A DNA stretch of 64,000 bases from an uncultured Fidelibacterota bacterium (GCA_913043235.1 CAJWLO010000006.1:270-64269); one strand, 5' to 3'. Counted from the stretch's first letter, positions 26,978 to 35,733 are shown. Notes: generated by a model from the letters alone, not told the origin. A program made the numbers and translations.

Positions 26978-28841
26978 TACATACTTAAATATTCTTATTT
27001 ATTCTCTCACCAGCTATTCTCTGCTCTCAGCGCAACATAAGCAAAATATCAATGCTGCTTTAAAAACAGCCCAAATGCTAGAACGGAGGAATGACGTAGA
27101 AAGCGCTCTTGCGATCTATTCTGATCTATATATAAAAAATCCAAGGAATCACTCTGTTATTCGCCAGCTTCGCACACTTTACCGGAAACACAGAAAATAT
27201 GAAGAAGGAATTATATTTTTAAGGATACAGTTGAAAAATCAGCCTAATGATATTCAAACCTATATTGAACTGGGAGAATTTCATTTTTTAAATGATGAAA
27301 TAAAAGAGGCCAAATCTGTATGGGCTGGAGGTATAAATCAATTTAAAAATAATCGCTCTTATTACCGCATGATGGTATCCATTTATGGCAGATACAATCT
27401 GGATAAGGAATTAGACCGCCTACTCACAATTGGCCGAGAAATATTTGGTCCCACATTTCTAACTTACGAAGCCGGCACATTTTATCAATCGAGACAGGTG
27501 TATGATAAAGCAATGGATGAGTATCTACTGAATTTAAAAATGGATCCTCAGCGGATCGGGATGATCCAGAGAAGTATATTAAACATGAGCGATGACCGTG
27601 ATGCAATAGAAATTATCCTGAATAAACTGGAAAAAGCTTCTGTAGACAAACCCAAGTTTGTACTTCCAATGTTAGCAGACCTCCATTTTAAACAACAGAA
27701 TTACGTTGAGGCATTTACTGCTTATAAAACTTGGGCTGAAACTGGACATTGGAAAGAAAAAAAATGGATGACGTTTGCCAACGATCTCAGGAAAGAAAGA
27801 GAATATATTGTAGCTATCGATGCCTATAATTTTATTTTAAAAAACACTACTAGATCTGAAACAGCTGGAAAAGCCTTACTTGGGCTGGCCAAGACTTTCG
27901 AGGATCAGGTCGTTCCCATCCATAAATCCAACCTGATTCCTTATTTTTTTGATCAAAATCTTTTCTTCGAAGATCCGTTTCAGGTGAATACAACCATATC
28001 GCCTGTCCACTTGGAGAATAGTCTGGAAATATATGATTCTTTGTTATACTCCTTACCCGGATCCCGTCTTTTGGCTGAGGCTTATTTTCGTCTTGGGGAA
28101 ATTCAATATAGGATATTACAGGATTTTGACCGCTCATTGGGATTATTCGAATCCGCTCTAAGAAAAAATCCCGACGATTTGTTGAATGAAAAAATAATGA
28201 TTCGGATAATAGATGTTTTGATCGCACAAGGAAAATCTGAAAATGCACTTAAACTACTCAGTAAAAGTTTAAAAGACCATAGCCGGAGAACTTTACACCA
28301 AAAACAGATTCTTGTTCATTTTTTAACAGGAGATCCAGATTCCACCCTGACCCTAATTGAGGCGGAATTAAATTCTATTCCACCCGCAGAACCCTCTTTT
28401 AATGATCTGATGGAATTAAAGGATATTCTCATTCAGTATTACCCCAAGGATCGACCGGAAGAACAAAAACTGTTTAGACATTTTCTCAACGCGGAATTGT
28501 TGGTGAGGCAAAGAAAAACAAGTGAAGCAATTGAAGAATTGCATTTTCTCATCGAACAAAATCCAGATGCAGAAATTTCGTCTCTGGCTATTTTACGTCA
28601 GGCATTATTGCTTCAACGAATCCAAAGATATGATGATGCCCTGTTGTTGGCTCAATCCTTGGAAGAAACTAAATTGGCAGACCGGGGAATTATATTGAGC
28701 GGACAAATCTATGAACTGTACATAGGTGAAATGGAAAAAGCACTTGCAGCGTACATGAAAATCCTGAATGAATATCCATCATCAATATTTGTAGAACCTG
28801 TCAGATACCATATTAGAAAAATCCAACAGGCGAAGAGCTGA
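26970..28841 (+). CDS. exported TPR-repeat protein
   Basis: 623 aa with a signal-like N-terminus. It contains many 34-aa helical repeats with A/Y/L spacing (e.g. ALAIYSDLYIKNPRN, AKSVWAGGINQF, AMDEYLLNLKMDP). The TTG start overlaps the upstream gene by 8 nt. Confidence 0.7.
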   Translation: MNNTYLNILIYSLTSYSLLSAQHKQNINAALKTAQMLERRNDVESALAIYSDLYIKNPRNHSVIRQLRTLYRKHRKYEEGIIFLRIQLKNQPNDIQTYIELGEFHFLNDEIKEAKSVWAGGINQFKNNRSYYRMMVSIYGRYNLDKELDRLLTIGREIFGPTFLTYEAGTFYQSRQVYDKAMDEYLLNLKMDPQRIGMIQRSILNMSDDRDAIEIILNKLEKASVDKPKFVLPMLADLHFKQQNYVEAFTAYKTWAETGHWKEKKWMTFANDLRKEREYIVAIDAYNFILKNTTRSETAGKALLGLAKTFEDQVVPIHKSNLIPYFFDQNLFFEDPFQVNTTISPVHLENSLEIYDSLLYSLPGSRLLAEAYFRLGEIQYRILQDFDRSLGLFESALRKNPDDLLNEKIMIRIIDVLIAQGKSENALKLLSKSLKDHSRRTLHQKQILVHFLTGDPDSTLTLIEAELNSIPPAEPSFNDLMELKDILIQYYPKDRPEEQKLFRHFLNAELLVRQRKTSEAIEELHFLIEQNPDAEISSLAILRQALLLQRIQRYDDALLLAQSLEETKLADRGIILSGQIYELYIGEMEKALAAYMKILNEYPSSIFVEPVRYHIRKIQQAKS

Positions 28842-30088
28842 TGAAAATATTCTATGTTATTTTTCTTATGTCCCTGATCTATGGACAAAAAATATTGATC
28901 CCCATGGATCAGGCTCAAAACGACCATTTGAAAGCTTATGGAATTGCATATCATACGCTAACAAAAAATATAAAAATAGAATGGCTTTTAAACTACCGAG
29001 GCGGATCTTTTCTAATGGATGCCCATGAGTTTATCCATACAGAATGCCGGATCCGCGGAGTTGGAGTCGAGCTGATTTCACCTGATAAAATGCTGGCTAT
29101 CTATACAGAAATTGAGCAGAAAAATATGGATATTGTTCTATTAGAAAAGTCTCCGAAGATTGCTATTTATACGCCACCCAATAAGCAACCTTGGGATGAT
29201 GCCGTAACCCTTGCCCTTACATACGCAGAAGTGAATTATGAAACACTCTGGGATAAGGATGTCTTACAGGGGAAACTATCCGAATATGACTGGTTACATT
29301 TGCACCACGAAGATTTTACCGGACAGTACGGAAAATTTTACCGCAGTTACCATAATTCAAAGTGGTATATTGATCAGCAGCGACAATATGAAGAGATGGC
29401 TCAGGGCCTTGGATTTCCAAGTGTACATGAAGAAAAAAAATCTATTGCTCGAACCATCAAGGCTTACGTAGGCGAAGGCGGTTTCCTTTTTGCAATGTGT
29501 TCTGCTACTGATTCATATGATATTGCCCTTGCTATGGAAAATATAGATGGTGCACATGCAGTTTTCGATGGTACTCCTATTAATCCAAAAATACAGTCAA
29601 AACTTGATTTCCGAAAAACATTCGCTTTTACAGAATTCAAGCTATTCAGTGACCCTATGATATATGAATTCTCAGATATTGATTATCCACCTAGTCATAA
29701 TCCAGTCACCCGGGGTGCAGAAGCAGACTATTTTTCATTATTTGAGTTTTCTGCAAAATATGACCCCGTACCTTCCATGCTGACCCAAAATCATGTTTCT
29801 GTCATCAAGGGTTTTATGGGACAAACCACTGGTTTTCATAAGAATAGAATCAAATCCCACATTTTGATCATGGGCGAAGATCCTGCATCAGATCAGGTAA
29901 AATATCTTCATGGTAATTTTGGTAGGGGAACCTTCACTTTTTATGGCGGACATGATCCAGAAGACTATCAGCATTTTGTAGGTGATCCCCCTACTGATCT
30001 CAAACTCCACCGCAATTCCCCTGGATACCGGCTCATTTTAAATAATATTCTTTTCCCGGCAGCACGAAAAAAAGAACGAAAAACGTGA
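28841..30088 (+). CDS. exported class-I glutamine-amidotransferase-like (GATase1-fold) hypothetical protein
   Basis: 415 aa with signal peptide MKIFYVIFLMSLIYG. A flavodoxin-like strand pattern (KIAIYTPP..DDAVTLAL..YDWLHLHHEDF) precedes a nucleophile-elbow-like GGFLFAMCSA (Cys220). A later YGGHDPED resembles the GATase HPE motif. Confidence 0.45.
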   Translation: MKIFYVIFLMSLIYGQKILIPMDQAQNDHLKAYGIAYHTLTKNIKIEWLLNYRGGSFLMDAHEFIHTECRIRGVGVELISPDKMLAIYTEIEQKNMDIVLLEKSPKIAIYTPPNKQPWDDAVTLALTYAEVNYETLWDKDVLQGKLSEYDWLHLHHEDFTGQYGKFYRSYHNSKWYIDQQRQYEEMAQGLGFPSVHEEKKSIARTIKAYVGEGGFLFAMCSATDSYDIALAMENIDGAHAVFDGTPINPKIQSKLDFRKTFAFTEFKLFSDPMIYEFSDIDYPPSHNPVTRGAEADYFSLFEFSAKYDPVPSMLTQNHVSVIKGFMGQTTGFHKNRIKSHILIMGEDPASDQVKYLHGNFGRGTFTFYGGHDPEDYQHFVGDPPTDLKLHRNSPGYRLILNNILFPAARKKERKT

Positions 30089-30516
30089 TTCTGATCCGTC
30101 CAGGAAATTTTCAAGAATGTATTGCTCTATCCAGGGAGATTCCTGAATTTGATTCCCCTTATGATATGACCGAATATGAAAAACGCTGTGCAGAGGGTCA
30201 TATATCATTGAATGCTTTTGTAGGAGAAAAACTTGCTGGATTTAAAATAGGATATGACCGTTTTAAGGATGGCAGTTTTTACAGCTGGATGGGTGGCGTT
30301 CTCCCTCAATACAGAAAACAGGGAGTTGCAAGTTCTTTAGCTAACAATCAGGAAGAATGGGCTAGAAAAAAAGGTTTCTCTTCCATACGACTAAAAACAT
30401 GGAAACGGCATCAAGCCATGTTAGAATTCTGCATCCAAAGAGGATTCACAATCATAAAAAAAATACCAAAAAACTTTGACTCAGAATCAAGAATATGGCT
30501 GGAAAAACAGTTGTAG
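30085..30516 (+). CDS. GNAT-family N-acetyltransferase
   Basis: 143 aa. Contains the acetyl-CoA motif QYRKQGVASSL. The GTG start overlaps the upstream stop (GTGA). Confidence 0.8.
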   Translation: MILIRPGNFQECIALSREIPEFDSPYDMTEYEKRCAEGHISLNAFVGEKLAGFKIGYDRFKDGSFYSWMGGVLPQYRKQGVASSLANNQEEWARKKGFSSIRLKTWKRHQAMLEFCIQRGFTIIKKIPKNFDSESRIWLEKQL

Positions 30517-30519
30517 AAT

Positions 30520-30939
30520 ATGTGGGCCCAAAAAGAAATTACACTCCCCAAGCACCCGCGGGGATTTCATATCATCACAAATCATATTATAAAAGAGCTA
30601 CCACAGATCAAGGTTATTTCAGCTGGACTGCTACATATATTTATCAAGCATACATCGGCATCATTGACCATCAATGAAGATGCAGATCCCACGGTAAGAG
30701 TAGACTTCGAATCCCATTTTAATGAAACTGTACCTGAGAATGCCCCTTATTATAGACATACACTGGAAGGCTCTGATGACATGCCAGCCCATTTGAAATC
30801 AGCCATTTTAGGATCGTCAGTTACTATCCCTATTAGTGATGGGAAAATTAACCTTGGGACTTGGCAAGGGATTTATCTCTGTGAGCATCGGGACCGGGGT
30901 GGCAGCCGCAAAATCATACTTACAATTAACGGCAACTAA
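30520..30939 (+). CDS. yjbQ: YjbQ/UPF0047 family protein (secondary thiamine-phosphate synthase-like)
   Basis: 139 aa. Contains IKHTSASLTINEDADP, DMPAHLKSAILGSS and GTWQGIYLCEHRD. Confidence 0.85.
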   Translation: MWAQKEITLPKHPRGFHIITNHIIKELPQIKVISAGLLHIFIKHTSASLTINEDADPTVRVDFESHFNETVPENAPYYRHTLEGSDDMPAHLKSAILGSSVTIPISDGKINLGTWQGIYLCEHRDRGGSRKIILTINGN

Positions 30940-31024
30940 ATCATATAAATTCAAAACACTCTTTAGTGGGTTTTGGGTGTTCTTCCATAATAATTTGCAA
31001 AAACACTAAAAACGTATGCTTTGT

Positions 31025-32287
31025 TTATTTAAACGAAAATCCTATATCTTTTATTTTATCTTTTATGGTTTTCTCATCAAGCCTGGTTCCTATCACTATA
31101 ACCTGTCCAGTTAATAAATCAACAAGTGTGTTTTCAACACCAGTGCAACTATAAACTGCGTTCTCAACGTTTTCCTTGCAGTGGCTGCATGTCATACCAT
31201 CTATCATAATAGATAGACGGTCTTTTGACCCATCAAATTCAGTCTCAACATCAGCAATCTTTGGTATCCCACTTTTGCGCTTGTAGATGTAGGCATTAAC
31301 CAATATCAAAACAAATAAAATCGTTAATAAAATTGACACATAGCCATCAGACGTATGAACATGTGAAAACTCGGATATCGTGGGTAGGATAATGGGGATA
31401 AAAGAATCGAGCAATAAACCAAATATAATTGCTGTAAAAGAGATAAGAAGGAGGTAATGATACATGGTTTTTTCCCCCAGAATATTTTTTACAACTGTAA
31501 TAGAAGAAGCATTGGTTGCAGGCCCAGCCATCAAAAATACAAATACAGCTCCTGCAGAGACACCTTTTGCCATAAGGGCGACTGCAATCGGTATAGATGC
31601 TGTCGCACAGACGTATATAGGTAATGATACGGCAAGCATCATAATGAGCATAACGTATGAATTAAACGAAAAATATTCGGCAATAAAATCAGGGGGGATA
31701 AAAATGGCTATTGCCGCAGCGATGACAAGCCCTTGAAACAGAGGAACCACTATATCAGCAGGTAAGGTCAAAAACCCATACCTAAACCCTGATTTAAGTC
31801 TCTCAAATAACAGTTTTTTATCATCGGGAGTGTCATCAGTATCATTATGATGATGTGTATCATTATCAAATCTGTTGATAACCATCCCGCTAAAAATCCC
31901 AGAAACAAAAGCAGCCAGAGGCCTGAACAATGCAAATACAGGACCCAGCATTCCATATGTCAGGAAAATGCTATCAACTCCTGTCTGAGGAGTAGATACG
32001 AGGAAAGATACTGTGGCCCCTTTTGATGCGCCTGAATCCCTAAGTGTAGCAGCGACGGGTATAACACCACATGAACATAAAGGAATGGGTATCCCCAATA
32101 CCGTGGACTTTAAAATAGATAAAAAGTTTTTTGAACCTATATGCATCAGAATCAAACGACTGTTTATAAACATAGAAATAAGTCCAGAAACAAACATGCC
32201 CAAAAGAAGAAAAGGAGACATTTGTAGACAAAGAGACCACATACCCAATAGGAAAAGGGCCAGATAATCAACTATAGAATTATACAT
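31025..32287 (-). CDS. YraQ/ArsP-type permease fused to a C-terminal heavy-metal-associated (HMA) domain (SO_0444-like Cu/Zn efflux type)
   Basis: 420 aa. Contains the permease motif PLCSCGVIPV, a His/Asp-rich loop DNDTHHHNDTDDTPDD, and a C-terminal GMTCSHCKENVENAV (CxxC HMA) motif. Confidence 0.8.
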   Translation of the reverse strand: MYNSIVDYLALFLLGMWSLCLQMSPFLLLGMFVSGLISMFINSRLILMHIGSKNFLSILKSTVLGIPIPLCSCGVIPVAATLRDSGASKGATVSFLVSTPQTGVDSIFLTYGMLGPVFALFRPLAAFVSGIFSGMVINRFDNDTHHHNDTDDTPDDKKLLFERLKSGFRYGFLTLPADIVVPLFQGLVIAAAIAIFIPPDFIAEYFSFNSYVMLIMMLAVSLPIYVCATASIPIAVALMAKGVSAGAVFVFLMAGPATNASSITVVKNILGEKTMYHYLLLISFTAIIFGLLLDSFIPIILPTISEFSHVHTSDGYVSILLTILFVLILVNAYIYKRKSGIPKIADVETEFDGSKDRLSIMIDGMTCSHCKENVENAVYSCTGVENTLVDLLTGQVIVIGTRLDEKTIKDKIKDIGFSFK

Positions 32288-32323
32288 GATACCATTTAGG
32301 GAAAATTTTTATGTTAATCATTA

Positions 32324-32335
32324 CAGAATATTCTG
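32324..32335. promoter_or_regulatory. perfect 12-bp palindrome CAGAATATTCTG upstream of the metal permease (candidate operator)
   Basis: CAGAAT/ATTCTG lies 37 bp upstream of the permease ATG (32287), inside the 77-bp gap that must hold its promoter. Confidence 0.3.
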
Positions 32336-32364
32336 ATAACCCAATAACATACTGAATGTAATAC

Positions 32365-33207
32365 TCAATATTTCATTTCAGCTATAATAAAAACAGGAAA
32401 ATGGTCAGAAGGATATTTTTGATCTTTCACATTGGCTAAAACACCATATTTTTTCACTGTAATATTATTTTTACTAACAAATATATAATCAATTCTTTTT
32501 TCTGGTCGCTTGCAAACATCAAAACTATTAAAGGTTCCTTCAGGACCAAAGGGGGATTGTTGACTGATTTCTTTTGAATCGTTTAACTGTTCCAAAATTA
32601 ATTGAATCGGCAATTCATCTGGTATTAAATTGAAATCTCCTATTAAAAACAATGGCAGTTTTCTCTTATTAATTGAATTGATTTTTTTTAAAATCAATTC
32701 TGCTGATTGCTCACGGGCTTCTGTTCCCATATGATCAAAATGTGTGTTAAAGATCCAAAATCTCTCGCCAGATATATTACCTTTTAATAAAACATATGTA
32801 CAGATTCGATTAAGAGATGCATCCCAGCCTCTAGATGGTTTTTCAGTGGTTTTTGACAACCAAAATGTTTTGTTTATCAAAACAGTATATTTATCGGTAT
32901 TGTAAAAAATCGCAGAAAATTCACCCTTCCCGTTTTCATTAACATCTGCTCTACCAATCCCTACATATTTATAAGATTTTAAATTATCATTAATATATTG
33001 GACCTGGTGTTCCAAGCCTTCTTGTGTCCCAAAAATGTCCGGTTTATAAAAAAGAATCTGATTGACTAATGTTTCCTTTCTATTATCCCAATTATTATCA
33101 CCATCATTAGGATTATCATAGCGGATATTATATGTCATCAACTTAATGTTCTGACCATGAGAGAATGACAATGCTATTCCCAAAAAAAGTAATAGTTTTT
33201 TAATCAT
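32365..33207 (-). CDS. exported endonuclease/exonuclease/phosphatase (EEP) family protein
   Basis: 280 aa with a signal peptide. Contains MTYNIRYDNPNDGDNNW, GTQEGL, NTHFDH and the terminal SDHFPV. Confidence 0.85.
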   Translation of the reverse strand: MIKKLLLFLGIALSFSHGQNIKLMTYNIRYDNPNDGDNNWDNRKETLVNQILFYKPDIFGTQEGLEHQVQYINDNLKSYKYVGIGRADVNENGKGEFSAIFYNTDKYTVLINKTFWLSKTTEKPSRGWDASLNRICTYVLLKGNISGERFWIFNTHFDHMGTEAREQSAELILKKINSINKRKLPLFLIGDFNLIPDELPIQLILEQLNDSKEISQQSPFGPEGTFNSFDVCKRPEKRIDYIFVSKNNITVKKYGVLANVKDQKYPSDHFPVFIIAEMKY

Positions 33208-33397
33208 TTAATTCCACCATTAATATATAGTCTAGGATTCTTTTTGGATAAGAATAAAGTAATTCATTGCCGGTTATATACTTAGCAAAATACAATCTGA
33301 TACTAGAAAGTATAATTACAAATTGCTTTATTATTTCTAACTCCTGTAAATCTATTCAAAGTTAATAAGTTATATATATGACTAAAAAATAAATCTA

Positions 33398-33424
33398 TTT
33401 TGATAACCAATTTGCTTATCAAAA
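33398..33424. promoter_or_regulatory. inverted repeat TTTTGATAA-N9-TTATCAAAA in the divergent promoter region
   Basis: The arms are 9 bp (33398-33406 and 33416-33424). The repeat lies 109 bp upstream of the 33533 ATG. It is AT-rich, so chance occurrence is not excluded. Confidence 0.25.
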
Positions 33425-33532
33425 AACTCTAGAATAATCTATCCTATTTAGCGGGGATTACTATTGTGAGATCAGATAGTATTTTTTATTATAAGTCATA
33501 ACTATTTATGTCTATATACAATAGAACATAAT

Positions 33533-34450
33533 ATGAATTCTCTAAATGCCATTGGGAACACACCCATCGTCCGGTTGGAGAAGATTGTTCCTGAAGATTC
33601 AGCAGAAGTATGGATCAAGCTGGAAGGTGGAAACCCGACAGGCTCCTATAAAGACCGCATGGCCTTAGCAGTCCTTAGCCGTGCCCTTGAGAGAGAAGAT
33701 CTAGTACCTGGTGACACAGTTGTTGAATACACAGGGGGAAGTACTGGTACCGCTTTAGCCTTCGTATCTGCGGTTCTTGGCTTAAAATTCATTGCAGTAT
33801 TTTCCGATGCGTTTTCAAAAAGTAAGCAACAGGCCATGGAAGCTTTCGGTGCTAAGGTTCTTGTGGAAAAGAGCGATAATGGAACAATCACTCCAGACTT
33901 GATACAGCGAATGAAAAATCGGGCTTATGAGCTGGCAAAAAAACCTAATACATACTATGCTGATCAATTTGGTTCTCCTGATGTTCGAGATGGATATAAA
34001 CCCCTAGGTTCAGAAATTGCCGATGCGCTCTCTGGAAAACTTGATATTTTTTGTGCAGCAGTTGGAACCGGTGCTGCTTTAATGGGGACTTTTGATGGGC
34101 TAGTAGAATCAAAAATACAGTCAGAATTAATTGCCTTTGAGCCTTTACAATCTCCCTTTCTTACAACAGGAAAAGGAGGACCACACCAGGTTGAAGGAAT
34201 CGGTGTTGGTTTTGAGCCTCCTTTTTTAGATCGTACTAAACTGAAGGAAATTCGGGCAGTCGACCAAAATCAAGCATTTAAAATGTGTCAGCGTCTGGCC
34301 AGGGAAGAAGGTATTTTTTGTGGTGCGTCTACAGGATTAAATGTTACCGAAGCAATTAAAATTGCAAAAGAACTGGGACCCGAAAAACGAATAGTGACTC
34401 TAGGATGTGATAATGGAATAAAATATCTTGGGAGCCATATTTATATTTAA
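33533..34450 (+). CDS. PLP-dependent cysteine synthase family protein
   Basis: 305 aa. Contains IGNTPIVRL, the Lys motif NPTGSYKDR, and the TGGSTGTALA loop. Confidence 0.8.
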   Translation: MNSLNAIGNTPIVRLEKIVPEDSAEVWIKLEGGNPTGSYKDRMALAVLSRALEREDLVPGDTVVEYTGGSTGTALAFVSAVLGLKFIAVFSDAFSKSKQQAMEAFGAKVLVEKSDNGTITPDLIQRMKNRAYELAKKPNTYYADQFGSPDVRDGYKPLGSEIADALSGKLDIFCAAVGTGAALMGTFDGLVESKIQSELIAFEPLQSPFLTTGKGGPHQVEGIGVGFEPPFLDRTKLKEIRAVDQNQAFKMCQRLAREEGIFCGASTGLNVTEAIKIAKELGPEKRIVTLGCDNGIKYLGSHIYI

Positions 34451-34572
34451 ATAATAAATATCAAATTTGATCCTAGCTAAATCATTACAACATTTTGTAA
34501 CACAATAGTCAAATTATAATATTCTATAATAATATAAGACCTGTTGCACTAATTATAATAATTTCGATTACA

Positions 34573-34610
34573 GCCTGAAAGTGTTTTTACTTAAACAATG
34601 CCTGAAAGTG
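34573..34610 (+). repeat. direct repeat GCCTGAAAGTG x2 (27-bp period)
   Basis: Exact 11-mers lie at 34573-34583 and 34600-34610, and each is followed by a TTTTTA element. They lie 41-78 bp upstream of the GTG start at 34651. Confidence 0.6.
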
Positions 34611-34650
34611 GTAAGTTTTTAGTCATTGAGAGTGGTGGTAGATTTGAATC

Positions 34651-35583
34651 GTGATTAGGCACCATTTAGTATTTCTATTTATTATAATATCAATTTGTCT
34701 TATCATAATTGGATGTAATTCCCTACACATTCGTATTTCAGCTGCGCCTCCAAAAAAGAAAATTGTTAAAACTTCTATAGTAAAGTCAATCCTTAAAGAA
34801 TTTGATTGGAGTGAAAAAGAAATATTATTTGTAAAGATCGGTGACGATTATAATTCATTTAAAACCATGAATAGCAAATTTTCTTTATTGAACGAAAATG
34901 ACCGATTTATTAACTATCAAAAACTTGAAAACCAATACGGAATAATATTGGGCAAATTTTATCGCAATAGATCAGAGTATTTATTAATCCAAATGAAAGA
35001 TGGAAGAAAAATAAAATATGCAAGAACAAATTGGGAAATGGCAGAAAACACTCCGCCTCCTTATTTTTTATTTACTGAAGAAATATTCACAATAAAAAAA
35101 ATGATTGGCCAAACAATCTGGTTGAATAAAACAAAAGATTTTTTATACCCATCTGTCACTACATTATTCACCTTTTCTAATAAACAATTTGATAGATTTG
35201 ATGAAGTAAAGGTTGTAGATATCTATCTATACCACAATGGTGGTTATGATAGACCATTGTGGTTAATGATTCAATCAAAAGATGGAAGAACGGGTTATGT
35301 GAAATATAATTATAAAGACAGATCAAAAGGATTTTTTGATAATTATTACTATACAACAGATCCATTTCCAAATGAATGGAGTGATGAAATAATTGATATT
35401 GTAAAAAGCGGGAGAATAAGTGTCGGCATGACAGAAAGACAAGTTAGAATATCCTGGGGTAACCCATCGTATATAAACACAACAGTTACACAACACGGTA
35501 AAAACGAACAATGGGTATATAATAATTTCAAACCCGATTTAGTCTACATTAAAAATGGCAAAGTTGATTCAATACATAAATAA
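34651..35583 (+). CDS. hypothetical lipoprotein with BamE/SmpA-like C-terminal domain
   Basis: 310 aa. The lipobox is LIIIGC. The C-terminus is GRISVGMTERQVRISWGNPSYI..NEQWVY. The start is GTG. Confidence 0.55.
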   Translation: MIRHHLVFLFIIISICLIIIGCNSLHIRISAAPPKKKIVKTSIVKSILKEFDWSEKEILFVKIGDDYNSFKTMNSKFSLLNENDRFINYQKLENQYGIILGKFYRNRSEYLLIQMKDGRKIKYARTNWEMAENTPPPYFLFTEEIFTIKKMIGQTIWLNKTKDFLYPSVTTLFTFSNKQFDRFDEVKVVDIYLYHNGGYDRPLWLMIQSKDGRTGYVKYNYKDRSKGFFDNYYYTTDPFPNEWSDEIIDIVKSGRISVGMTERQVRISWGNPSYINTTVTQHGKNEQWVYNNFKPDLVYIKNGKVDSIHK

Positions 35584-35633
35584 GCAAGAAGTAAAAAATT
35601 AAAGCATTATTTAAATCGAACATCATTTTTACA

Positions 35634-35699
35634 ACATAGAGTCCTGCCGAAAATATTTTATTAACTACACTGCGCTATTACATAAAGTCCCGCGAAAAT
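35634..35699 (+). repeat. imperfect direct repeat ACATAGAGTCCTGCCGAAAAT / ACATAAAGTCCCGCGAAAAT
   Basis: The copies lie at 35634-35654 and 35680-35699 (46-bp period). They lie 35-100 bp upstream of the cupin ATG, which has an AAAGGAG SD. Confidence 0.55.
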
Positions 35700-35733
35700 G
35701 AATCAGTATAAATTTAAATAAAAGGAGCTGAAG

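Noticed and set aside
30940-31024. A possible terminator hairpin, CAAAACAC..GTGGGTTTTG, after yjbQ.
   Set aside because: The stem is interrupted by mismatches and no U-run follows. It is too weak to call.
33440-33500. A possible terminator, attenuator or riboswitch in the leader of the cysteine-synthase-family gene (TACTAT..ATAGTA followed by TTTTTT).
   Set aside because: The stem is only 6 bp and all A/T. I saw no recognisable SAM or other riboswitch core motif.
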